Assembly: GCA_030688365.1 (NCBI GenBank)
Contig: JAUYIE010000005.1
Location: 71,764-112,884 of the forward strand
DNA length: 41,121 nt
Source: a bacterium
GTDB taxonomy: Bacteria; Patescibacteriota; Patescibacteriia; JACQRZ01
Direction: 5' to 3'
Within the stretch, counting starts at the first letter, position 1, and each line of letters opens with the position of its first letter. Position numbers and translations under genes: made by a program. Under the pieces are notes generated by a model. The model was not told the origin of the DNA and did no database searches. It was given only the letters and a program-made list of their open reading frames with translations. Shown piece by piece: positions 28,364 through 37,062 of the stretch.

Positions 28364-29521
28364 CTACAATTTTTTTAATACTTCTGTGATGTTCTCTATT
28401 GTGAAACGAATATCACTGCGCGTTGTATATCTGCCGAGTGAAAAACGCACACCACCTCGCACCCGATCTCCATCAAATCCGCACGCTTGTAACACATGTG
28501 AGGCCTTCCCAGCTTGCGCAGTGCATGCAGCACCGGTGGATACGTAAATTCCTCTACTATTCAAAAACAAAACGATTGCTTCACCGTCATATCCCAAAAA
28601 TGAAATATTCGCATTATTGGGCAATCGTTGTGATTGAGAACCATTGACAATGGCGCATGATACACGCGTGCATATCCCTTTTATCAACATGTCTCGTAAA
28701 ACAGTTAATCTCCGTGTCTCCTTCATAGCATGTTTTCGTGACACCTGCAATGCTTTCGCCATACCCATGATACCTGGAACATTTTCTGTGCCACCACGCA
28801 TACCAAACTCCTGATCGCCTCCCCACAACAAAGGCGCCATGACCGTTCCCGCGCGGACATACAATACGCCAACACCTTTTGGGCCATATACCTTGCTTGC
28901 ATTTAGGGTCATCAAATCAACATGAAGACGTGCAGTATCTATATCACAATACCCACCCACCTGACATGCATCAGAATGAAAATATGGGTACGAATGTCCA
29001 AAACGATTCCGTGCTGATCGAATTTCTTTTGCAATTTCACGAATAGGTTGGATTGCACCAATTTCATTGTTTGCATACATGACAGAAACTAACACTGTGC
29101 GCTTTGTGATTGCTTTTCGTATCGCTTGCACATCTACAATTCCATCCGAATCAACCGGCACAAAAGAAACCGATACTCCCCGCCTTTGTAACTCCTGTGC
29201 CGCTTGAAATATAGAGCTGTGTTCAATACGAGAAACAATCACATGTGGACGGGAAATCTTAGTTGCAGCGATTACAGAAAAAAGTGCCGTATTATTGCTT
29301 TCCGTTCCGCATGAAGTGAAAATGATCTCACGAGCTCGCGCGCTAAGTATCTTGGCAATATCCGCACGCGCAGTTTCGACTGCGGTATGTGCTGATTGTC
29401 CCATACTGTGTATTGCGGAAGGATTACCAAACTCTTGCGCAAAAAATGGTTCCATCACCTTTTTTACATCTGGATCAATCGGTGTTGCCGCTGCATAATC
29501 AAGATAAATATTTTTTTTCAT
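28364..29521 (-). CDS. iscS: cysteine desulfurase (IscS/NifS group I)
   Basis: YLDYAAATP, FGNPS, MYANNEIG, HSDACQ, SKVYGPKG (PLP Lys), RGGTEN, STGAAC (catalytic Cys), RFSLG. Confidence 0.95.
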   Translation of the reverse strand: MKKNIYLDYAAATPIDPDVKKVMEPFFAQEFGNPSAIHSMGQSAHTAVETARADIAKILSARAREIIFTSCGTESNNTALFSVIAATKISRPHVIVSRIEHSSIFQAAQELQRRGVSVSFVPVDSDGIVDVQAIRKAITKRTVLVSVMYANNEIGAIQPIREIAKEIRSARNRFGHSYPYFHSDACQVGGYCDIDTARLHVDLMTLNASKVYGPKGVGVLYVRAGTVMAPLLWGGDQEFGMRGGTENVPGIMGMAKALQVSRKHAMKETRRLTVLRDMLIKGICTRVSCAIVNGSQSQRLPNNANISFLGYDGEAIVLFLNSRGIYVSTGAACTAQAGKASHVLQACGFDGDRVRGGVRFSLGRYTTRSDIRFTIENITEVLKKL

Positions 29522-29536
29522 ACTCTAGGCCATTTT

Positions 29537-31171
29537 TTAAAAACGTTTTGTATGATGATGAGAAATCTGGTCAAGAGACATATCATCATCGTCTTCTTCA
29601 TCATTTGATGCGGGCGTTGGTATAACAACCGTCGGTGCAGGAGAAGTCGGTGGTATAAGAGGACGGGTAGGCGAAGTAATACCCTTTTCTTTTTCTTCTC
29701 GTACGATCGCAAAACAATCACGACAATACACTGGTCGAACGCCATCGGGTTGAAAATTGAGGTACACGGTTTTCGCACAGCGTGTACACGTCCCTGAATA
29801 CGGGCGTTCTGGAGTTGGACCCGTCGGTTCCTCAAACTTTTTTATTTTCTTCTCGGGTTCAAGAGCGCTTGCCTCTTCATTCAGTGTTTCCGCCCAGCGC
29901 ATAATCTTTTCTTCAACGATATCTTTTGGCGTTGCATATCGCTCACGACTCACGCTTATCACTTTTTCCATATTATGACTTTTTTCTTCTTCACCCCACG
30001 GTGGTAATCCTGCCGCTGAAAATGGCTCGGATGCGATACCGTCTATCATGAGTTTAAGAAAAAAATTATATTTTGGCAGACTGACAAAATCTTCTTCTAT
30101 AAAACGCGGAGCAAATTCTTTTGCTAGATATTCGGCATCTGTCGCACCAACGCGAAAAGAAACAATCGTTCCAACGTTCCCAAATACCCCCGCACATACT
30201 TTTTCATCCAACTGCTCTATATATTGATGTGCCATAATCAAATTGAGTCGATATTTTCGTGCCTCTGATAAAATACTCGCAAAACTTTCCGTCGCGAAAT
30301 TTTGAAATTCATCTACATATAAATAAAAATCTTTTCTATCATCTTCTTTTGGTACATCAACACGCTCCATTGCCGCCATTTGAATTTTGGTAACCAACAT
30401 TCCTCCCAACAAACGACTATTATCTTCTCCGATTCGCCCCTTGGAAAGATTTACAATAAAGATCTTCCCTGAATCCATGATCTCACGAATACTGATTGTC
30501 GATTTGACTTGCCCGATGATATTGCGAATCACCGCCGCAGACAAAAACTGTCCGACTTTATTTTGGATAGGCGCAATTGCCTCCTGTGCAAATTTTTCTG
30601 TATATTTTCCAAATTCATCTACCCAAAATGATTTTACAATAGGATCTTTGATGTGCTCAATGACTTTCTTGCGAAACGCCTTATTGGAAAGCATTTGATT
30701 CACTGCCAACATCGTACTATCTTTGTAATCCAAAAGCGCAAGGAGAGTATTATTCAAAATATATTCCATACGTGCACTCCACACATCCGGCCATATCTTT
30801 TTAAACACCCCCATCATTGCCGATGCTACCAAGTGTTTTTGATTTTCATTAACGGTCTCAAGGATGTTAAATGCAACAGGATATTCAAAATCAGCTGGAT
30901 TAAAATATACGACATCATTCACACGGCTTGATGGAATAAAATCAAGCAATTTTTCTGCGGTATCTCCATGCGGGTCTATGTATGCCAGTCCATGACCTTC
31001 ATATATATCATCCATCACCATATTCTCAAGCATGACTGACTTTCCCATACCGGTTTTTCCTATCAAATACATGTGTCGTCGTCGGTCATCCCGTTTAATA
31101 CCAAAACGTCGCCGTTGATTACGGTAATTTGTTTCGGCAAATACAGTGATGTCGGGACGTTCGTCGTACAT
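29537..31171 (-). CDS. VirD4/TraD (HerA-FtsK superfamily) coupling-protein-like ATPase with C-terminal CxxC-x17-CxxC domain
   Basis: DRRRHMYLIGKTGMGKS (Walker A), IDPHGD, FYLYVDEFQNF (Walker B), LSEARKY..AHQYIEQL; CTRC-x17-CRDC at 29714-29788. Confidence 0.88.
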   Translation of the reverse strand: MYDERPDITVFAETNYRNQRRRFGIKRDDRRRHMYLIGKTGMGKSVMLENMVMDDIYEGHGLAYIDPHGDTAEKLLDFIPSSRVNDVVYFNPADFEYPVAFNILETVNENQKHLVASAMMGVFKKIWPDVWSARMEYILNNTLLALLDYKDSTMLAVNQMLSNKAFRKKVIEHIKDPIVKSFWVDEFGKYTEKFAQEAIAPIQNKVGQFLSAAVIRNIIGQVKSTISIREIMDSGKIFIVNLSKGRIGEDNSRLLGGMLVTKIQMAAMERVDVPKEDDRKDFYLYVDEFQNFATESFASILSEARKYRLNLIMAHQYIEQLDEKVCAGVFGNVGTIVSFRVGATDAEYLAKEFAPRFIEEDFVSLPKYNFFLKLMIDGIASEPFSAAGLPPWGEEEKSHNMEKVISVSRERYATPKDIVEEKIMRWAETLNEEASALEPEKKIKKFEEPTGPTPERPYSGTCTRCAKTVYLNFQPDGVRPVYCRDCFAIVREEKEKGITSPTRPLIPPTSPAPTVVIPTPASNDEEDDDDMSLDQISHHHTKRF

Positions 31172-31185
31172 ATGATTGGGAAAGA

Positions 31186-32628
31186 TTATGCAAAAGGAAG
31201 ATTATCAGGTACGTCGGTTTCTGCAAAGGTTTTTTGCCGTTCAGGCTCCAATAAAGGAGTATTTACGGTCGGCTTTACCCTCTTTGGTTGTTGTGAGTCT
31301 ACACTGTCAGGACGCATTGGTAGAAAAAATGGCGGTTCCGCAGTCTTGATCTCTGACCGCTGGATCAGTGGCACCTTCATATCCATCATAGGGAAATGCC
31401 AGAGAGTCGCAAGTTCTTCAGTATTTAAGATGTATGCAGTGCCTCCTGACATGGAACGATTGACAAAGGCCTTAAATGTCCAATTTTGATTTCGGATAGA
31501 TGCATGTTTACGCCAAAAATAATCATACAATCGCTTATTATATTTAAAGGGTTTAAAACTGTTAATCAACGGCGAGCCAAACTGTCTATACGCCCCCAGA
31601 ATACCAGTGGACGCTCGTCCTTTGTTAAACACTGTTTTAGGGGCAATGTATGCAATACGTAATTTTCCAAAATATGCCGGTTTGGATGCTTTTATTTGAA
31701 TTTGTTCTACTGCCGATCGTTCTCCTGGTGATAGGTGCTGCATTTGAGATGCTGCTTCAGTTTTTTCCGCTGATTTTACTGGCACCCCCGCGCCAACCGC
31801 GCCAGGTGTCAACTGTGTCAACAGTATATTTGCGAGATCTCTACCAGTTGCGCCAAACTTTGCAAAGTGACCTTTTTTCGCTTCCGGTTCCTTGGCGCCT
31901 ATCAACGTGCGCACCAACTGTGCTGTTGTTTCTACCCAGGTATCATCTGTCGCTTGTAATACTATCTGTATCCACACTTCCTCACCATCTTTGATGGTAC
32001 CCAAAAATTCAAATAACGAATTCAAAGGATCTTTAAAAGTCGCATCCAACGAATGTTCAAACGCCGTATATGTTTTGAGAGGATATTGGTGTGGCCGTGC
32101 CAATCCTACTTCCGTCCCCCACGTTTCGTATGTTTCATCCGGATATTGTTGAGGTACGTGAGTAGTATAATCCGCAACTTCTACTACTTCTGCGTCAGGA
32201 TATTGAGCATAGATCGACGCCTCAATCACATCACGAAAAGACACAGGTGCATGAATAAAATACTGGATAAAGCCTCCACGACTAACCAACTCAACAGAAA
32301 AACTCTCCCCCACCTTTCCATCCCAATACTTTTCTTTCAATGTTCGAGACCCCAGCGCAGTCCCAGTCAAATGTGCAAAAATATTTTCCACCGCCTTGGG
32401 TGTTTGTTCTGTATTGCGAGGAACACGGATAGCTAATAACATCTTTGGTATTCTCGCGCTATATGAGCTCTGTATCTCATGCATCCACATATACCATAGC
32501 CCTTTAAAAATCACATATATCCATATCAAAAAACCACCATGTATAAACACATACCATAGTGTCGAAAAAGGACTGGAAAACTGCGCAATAAAATCACTAA
32601 ATTGTGCCACGTCAAGAGTGAGCTCCAT
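31186..32628 (-). CDS. hypothetical membrane-anchored protein, likely partner of the VirD4-like ATPase
   Basis: N-terminal TM; LLAIRVPR..PKAVENIF, IYAQYPDAEVVEVADY, YPLKTY, WIQIV, LNTEELATLWHFP; 14 nt upstream of the ATPase. Confidence 0.8.
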   Translation of the reverse strand: MELTLDVAQFSDFIAQFSSPFSTLWYVFIHGGFLIWIYVIFKGLWYMWMHEIQSSYSARIPKMLLAIRVPRNTEQTPKAVENIFAHLTGTALGSRTLKEKYWDGKVGESFSVELVSRGGFIQYFIHAPVSFRDVIEASIYAQYPDAEVVEVADYTTHVPQQYPDETYETWGTEVGLARPHQYPLKTYTAFEHSLDATFKDPLNSLFEFLGTIKDGEEVWIQIVLQATDDTWVETTAQLVRTLIGAKEPEAKKGHFAKFGATGRDLANILLTQLTPGAVGAGVPVKSAEKTEAASQMQHLSPGERSAVEQIQIKASKPAYFGKLRIAYIAPKTVFNKGRASTGILGAYRQFGSPLINSFKPFKYNKRLYDYFWRKHASIRNQNWTFKAFVNRSMSGGTAYILNTEELATLWHFPMMDMKVPLIQRSEIKTAEPPFFLPMRPDSVDSQQPKRVKPTVNTPLLEPERQKTFAETDVPDNLPFA

Positions 32629-32635
32629 ACAAGAA

Positions 32636-32664
32636 AGTATGGCACCAAATTACAAAAAAAACAA
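32636..32664 (-). promoter_or_regulatory. promoter, leaderless-type
   Basis: TTGTTT-17 nt-CATACT with TGn extension, 7 nt before ATG 32628. Confidence 0.5.
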
Positions 32665-32679
32665 TGTAAAGAAAGTAGT

Positions 32680-33579
32680 TTACGTGCGGTGTTTTATTCG
32701 TCGTGTGTAATTATGCCACACAACCAATAATGGTGAAGCGACAAAGATAGATGAATATGTACCTACCGCAACACCCAAAAGGAGCGCCAATGCAAAATAC
32801 TGCAACGTTTCTCCTCCGAATAAAATTATAGCCAATAATACCAAAATAACTGTCGCAGACATATTTAACGAACGCATGATTGTCTGATTCAGCGACATAC
32901 TCACTACATCCTCAAATTGCCCCCCACGTTTAAGAAGATTTTCACGAATACGATCAAAAACAACGATCGTGTCATTGACAGAATACCCCAATACCGTCAA
33001 AAATGCCGCGATAAAGGCCGCAGTGATCTCAATACCGGCAAACTGTCCCAGCACTGAAAAAATACCAATGACAAAAATGACATCATGAAGCAAGGCCACG
33101 ATAGCAATCACGCCATATTTCCAGGATGCAACCGTGTGCGACACCTTACGAAATACGTAACTGATATATGCCAAAATCAATACTAATGCTATACCGATGG
33201 CCCATGTGGATTTCGTACGCAATTCATTACCAATCACCGGCCCAATAGAATCAAAACTGTTTTCGGTGAGATCTCCTGATGCATGCAACGCATCAATGAT
33301 GGCCTGATGTATCGGTTGATCCACTTCTTTAAAACGCAAGATGACTCCTTTTTCACCTGAACCTTTCACATCAACATCACCAATGTTGAGGGGCTCTATC
33401 TGACTTCTGATTGTATCCAAAGATGGAACGTCTTGAGCGTATTCTACTTCAAGTATACTTCCACCGGTAAAATCAATACCAAAACGTAATCCCCATACGG
33501 AAATAGCAATCACTGCCAATACAAACATCACGGTAGAGAATGTGAGCCAGATGCGTCGAGTTTTGACAATATTTATCAT
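32680..33579 (-). CDS. secF: protein translocase subunit SecF
   Basis: GLRFGIDFTGG, IGPVIGNEL, ALLHDV, GYSVNDTIVVFDRIREN, GTYSSIFVASP; ATG 33579. Confidence 0.97.
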   Translation of the reverse strand: MINIVKTRRIWLTFSTVMFVLAVIAISVWGLRFGIDFTGGSILEVEYAQDVPSLDTIRSQIEPLNIGDVDVKGSGEKGVILRFKEVDQPIHQAIIDALHASGDLTENSFDSIGPVIGNELRTKSTWAIGIALVLILAYISYVFRKVSHTVASWKYGVIAIVALLHDVIFVIGIFSVLGQFAGIEITAAFIAAFLTVLGYSVNDTIVVFDRIRENLLKRGGQFEDVVSMSLNQTIMRSLNMSATVILVLLAIILFGGETLQYFALALLLGVAVGTYSSIFVASPLLVVWHNYTRRIKHRT

Positions 33580-33592
33580 AGAAATACAAAAA

Positions 33593-35752
33593 TTAGGTAA
33601 CGGGAATGTTCTTCTTAGAAGGCCCGCCAAACAACCATGTGTGCTTACCTATTTTCCATCCAGCGGTCAAACGTAGTAACTGACGTGATACAGTAATGGC
33701 AGAAAATAGACTAAGTACAATACCAACTGACAAGATCAATGCAAATCCTTTAATCAAACTGGTGGTGAATGCATACAAAACAATTGAAGTAATCAATGAT
33801 GAGACATTACTATCACGGATAGAAGTCCATGCACGTGTAAACCCATCACGAATTGCAGATTCTAAAGTCTTTCCGGCACGAAGCTCTTCTTTCATACGCT
33901 CAAAAATCAAAATATTTGCATCCACTGCTATACCGATAGAAAGAATAAAGCCAGCAATACCCGAAAGCGTCAACGTGACGCCAAATACCTTCAAAACTCC
34001 AAGAGTCAATGCGCTATAAATACACAAGGCAATAACAGCAAGTACTCCTGGAATGCGATAATATACAATCATAAATAACGCCACCAGTAACAATCCAATA
34101 CATCCTGCAAAAATACTTTTTTGGAGAGATTCAACCCCCAAACTAGCACCAATTGTTTTTTGACTGATTAATGACACTGGCACCGGCAATGCACCGGCAT
34201 TGAGACGTTGCGCCAGCAACTTTGCCTCTTTGTTGCTCATATTACCTTGAATCACTGCACTGCCTCCAATAATTTCGCCATTGACATTAGGAGCGTACAT
34301 ATCTTGATCGTCAATTATGCTGTCCCCATTTGAGTCAATGATTGATTTTCCATCTAAGAAAATACCCAGTGGTTTTCCAATATTGCGTTTAGTGATTTCT
34401 TGAAAGAGTTTTGTCCCTTCATCATTAAAATCAAGACCTACCTGTACCTGTCCGCTTTGTTGATCTGTCGTGACAAATGCTTTCTTCAAATGTTTTCCTG
34501 TCAGACCTGTTGAGAGAAAATATTCAGGTGGTGGCAATATATCTGCCGGTGTTTTTTTTGTAAAAAGTATTCGCGCGATATGATACTCACTGACAGGACG
34601 TTCCCCCGTCTTCAAAATTATATGAAAACCAAAATCTGTTTCTACGACGTCTGATATTTGATTATCTGAAAGTGCAAATGCTGCGGTTTCAAACGGTGGC
34701 ACCATCATACCCATTGAAAAATAACCAAGATTACCACCGCCAGGCGCTGAACCAATATCATCCGAATTTTTGGTTGCTATATCGGCAAAATTTTCCGGAG
34801 TCAACATTTTTTGTAATGTTTCCGCCAAGGTCTTTGCTTCATCCTTTGTACGATCTTTTGTACATCCAGTGGTATCTTTGTAACAAATCAAAATATGACT
34901 TGCCGACATCTCATGTTCGTCTGTATCACGCTTTTCAAGCAACTTCACAATCTGTTCACTATTTGGCGATTCATACAAGGTCGGTGAAATCGTACCAGGA
35001 TCAATGGCTTGTACAAACGGAAGCAATCCCGCATCTTGACTGTTATTATTAACCCATCCAATATCTCCTCCATTTTCTTTGGTAGCAGAATCTTCTGAAT
35101 ATTGTTTTACAATGGCGCTAAAGTCAGCATCTTTAACAAGAGACGCTTGAAGCGCTTCTTTTGCACGTTGGTTTGCAATATTATTATAACCCTCCATTTG
35201 AAGCTTTTGATCTTCTGTCAATTCCGTCGCACGATCGCTTCCTAACGCAGCAGGGTTTTGCTCTTTAAACTCCAACAATGTGCGTTCCCCGATTTGCGCA
35301 ATAGTCTTTGCAGGATCAGAAATACCGGCAAGTTCTACAATCACCCTATACATACCATTAGTTTTGGAAGTCTGGACGATGGGCTCTGATACACCAAAAA
35401 TATTGACCCGTCGTTCTACAACATCCCGAACACCTTCTAGCGCTGAACCACGGTCTCCGGACGCAATGTCTTTCATATCGGCCTCATACACCAAATGCGT
35501 CCCTCCTTGTAGATCAAGGCCAAGACGAAAATCACGCGGTGGCCATGATGACCAATCGATCGCCGGTAATGTCAGTGATATACCCTTTTCATGGAGACCA
35601 TTATTGATATAGTCACGATTTGAGTTGTACCACCCCATGCCATTATAAAGAGTGACAACAAGTGCCAACATTACCAATGCAAAAATGTTCCATCGAAGCT
35701 TTCCCCGCCCTCTCGGGCGAAACAGTCGTCCAATTCCCATAAAAACATTCAT
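33593..35752 (-). CDS. secD: protein translocase subunit SecD with inserted parvulin PPIase domains
   Basis: LGLDLQGG, RRVNIFGVSEP, LNAGALPVP, IGASLG, GIAVDANILIFERMKEE; insert with YSED..GGDIGW, SHILI, SDD..GGNLGYF..MVPPFE..ETDFGFHII. Confidence 0.96.
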   Translation of the reverse strand: MNVFMGIGRLFRPRGRGKLRWNIFALVMLALVVTLYNGMGWYNSNRDYINNGLHEKGISLTLPAIDWSSWPPRDFRLGLDLQGGTHLVYEADMKDIASGDRGSALEGVRDVVERRVNIFGVSEPIVQTSKTNGMYRVIVELAGISDPAKTIAQIGERTLLEFKEQNPAALGSDRATELTEDQKLQMEGYNNIANQRAKEALQASLVKDADFSAIVKQYSEDSATKENGGDIGWVNNNSQDAGLLPFVQAIDPGTISPTLYESPNSEQIVKLLEKRDTDEHEMSASHILICYKDTTGCTKDRTKDEAKTLAETLQKMLTPENFADIATKNSDDIGSAPGGGNLGYFSMGMMVPPFETAAFALSDNQISDVVETDFGFHIILKTGERPVSEYHIARILFTKKTPADILPPPEYFLSTGLTGKHLKKAFVTTDQQSGQVQVGLDFNDEGTKLFQEITKRNIGKPLGIFLDGKSIIDSNGDSIIDDQDMYAPNVNGEIIGGSAVIQGNMSNKEAKLLAQRLNAGALPVPVSLISQKTIGASLGVESLQKSIFAGCIGLLLVALFMIVYYRIPGVLAVIALCIYSALTLGVLKVFGVTLTLSGIAGFILSIGIAVDANILIFERMKEELRAGKTLESAIRDGFTRAWTSIRDSNVSSLITSIVLYAFTTSLIKGFALILSVGIVLSLFSAITVSRQLLRLTAGWKIGKHTWLFGGPSKKNIPVT

Positions 35753-35767
35753 TTATTCACAAGTACA

Positions 35768-35800
35768 CAAAAGTATAGCTGGATAACTATACTTTTGCAA
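35768..35800 (-). promoter_or_regulatory. secDF promoter embedded in an 11-bp inverted repeat
   Basis: TTGCAA(35800-35795)-17-TATACT(35777-35772); CAAAAGTATAG-N8-CTATACTTTTG at 35768-35797. Confidence 0.65.
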
Positions 35801-35833
35801 TAGGCACAAATAATAATGCCATCAAGACAGAAA

Positions 35834-36952
35834 TTACACTGCACTGTACGCCTGTACAGTTTCACCCACAAGGTGATCAAAATTGTAGTTCACCTTTACG
35901 TGAGCACGATTTTTCTTCGCTTCAAGAGTAGCGTGTGTCGGTGTTGCAAAAAAATGTTCAAGTTTGTGTGTAAGATCTTTTACATTTTTGTTGTGAAACG
36001 ATGCACCAACCCATGGTACCACCTCTTTATTTTCTGCAATGTCAGAAACTAAAACCGGAGCTCCATAACTCATAGCTTCAAGTAATGCAAGAGATAGTCC
36101 TTCTTGCTCTGATGATTGTATAAAAAGCGCGGTGTTGCTAAAGAGCTCAGCTAACGTATCACCTTGCTTTGCACCAAGAAATAAAATATCCTTATCGCCT
36201 TTTGCTTTCTCTTTCAACTCCTTCACATAGCCATCAGTAAATGAAGACTCGCCCACAATTACCAACGTGGGAAGTGTAACACCTAATCCCTTAAGTGCCT
36301 GATATGCGTCAATCAAATAATGAATACCTTTATGCCGTACCAGTCGAGATACTGATAATATATATCCTTTATGGGTCAAACCGTATCGCACGATCTTTTT
36401 TATAGGGCGACGATGTGGAATAGTAACACCGTTTGGAATATAGATAGCTTTACGTCCGTATCGTGATGCAACGTACCGTTGCAAAAGTTTTGAAACAACA
36501 ATTGTTTTGTGCGTCATCGTACATGCGACATATTCTCCAATACGAAATACTACACGTGAAATCGGTCCCCATTTTGCATGATAATAATCTTTACATTGAA
36601 ATGTTGCATACACTTTTGAACGCGGGGAAAAAATGCGAGGAATCCACGCAAAGATGGACGGCCCTATCCCGTGATAATGGATCACATCCGCTTTTTGAAA
36701 CAGCGAATGAATGGTGCTCAAAAAAACATGAATCACCATCTCAAAATATTTTGATCGAATGGTAGGAAGATACACAAGTGTGATGCCCTTATAGTCCTGA
36801 ACAAAATTTGCATTCAGCGTGTAATTTTTTCGACAATAAGCGACGACCTCGTGACCTTGAGCCACCAATCGTGTCGCCAATTCATCTACTGCGCGTTCTA
36901 CACCGCCGATATGAGCGGGTAATCCCTTTTGTCCAATCATCACAATTTTCAT
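35834..36952 (-). CDS. glycosyltransferase family 4
   Basis: MKIVMIGQKGLPAHIGGVE, IPNG, SRLVRHKG, EGLSLALLEAMSYG, SDIAEN. Confidence 0.93.
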   Translation of the reverse strand: MKIVMIGQKGLPAHIGGVERAVDELATRLVAQGHEVVAYCRKNYTLNANFVQDYKGITLVYLPTIRSKYFEMVIHVFLSTIHSLFQKADVIHYHGIGPSIFAWIPRIFSPRSKVYATFQCKDYYHAKWGPISRVVFRIGEYVACTMTHKTIVVSKLLQRYVASRYGRKAIYIPNGVTIPHRRPIKKIVRYGLTHKGYILSVSRLVRHKGIHYLIDAYQALKGLGVTLPTLVIVGESSFTDGYVKELKEKAKGDKDILFLGAKQGDTLAELFSNTALFIQSSEQEGLSLALLEAMSYGAPVLVSDIAENKEVVPWVGASFHNKNVKDLTHKLEHFFATPTHATLEAKKNRAHVKVNYNFDHLVGETVQAYSAV

Positions 36953-37007
36953 AAAATTTTCCAATAGCCCTATATTTATAATAAAAAATGGCTATTTAGT
37001 TGACGAT

Positions 37008-37036
37008 ATTATAGCACAAAATCAACTGTTCGTCAA
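37008..37036 (-). promoter_or_regulatory. near-consensus sigma70 promoter
   Basis: TTGACG-17 nt-TATAAT with TGc extension. Confidence 0.75.
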
Positions 37037-37062
37037 GGGTATTTTAGAGCTTTTCATTATAT

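Noticed and set aside
29518-29835. 105-aa alternative-frame ORF overlapping the ATPase 3' end, as a possible frameshift product
   Set aside because: The main frame already encodes a coherent Cys4 domain and tail; the alternative peptide has no recognisable features or start signals.
28364-31171. Cysteine desulfurase plus ATPase as a Dnd/Ssp DNA phosphorothioation system
   Set aside because: No PAPS-reductase-like DndC/SspD, SMC-like DndD or DndE is present; nearby mnmA explains iscS more simply.
31186-31215. C-terminus TDVPDNLPFA as an SSB-tail (DDDIPF) mimic
   Set aside because: SSB-tail function needs a terminal Phe and a more acidic run; here Ala follows Phe, so the match is weak.
29537-32628. 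Conjugative element or ICE
   Set aside because: No relaxase, integrase, att repeats or mating-pair genes; flanks are housekeeping genes with no evident compositional break.
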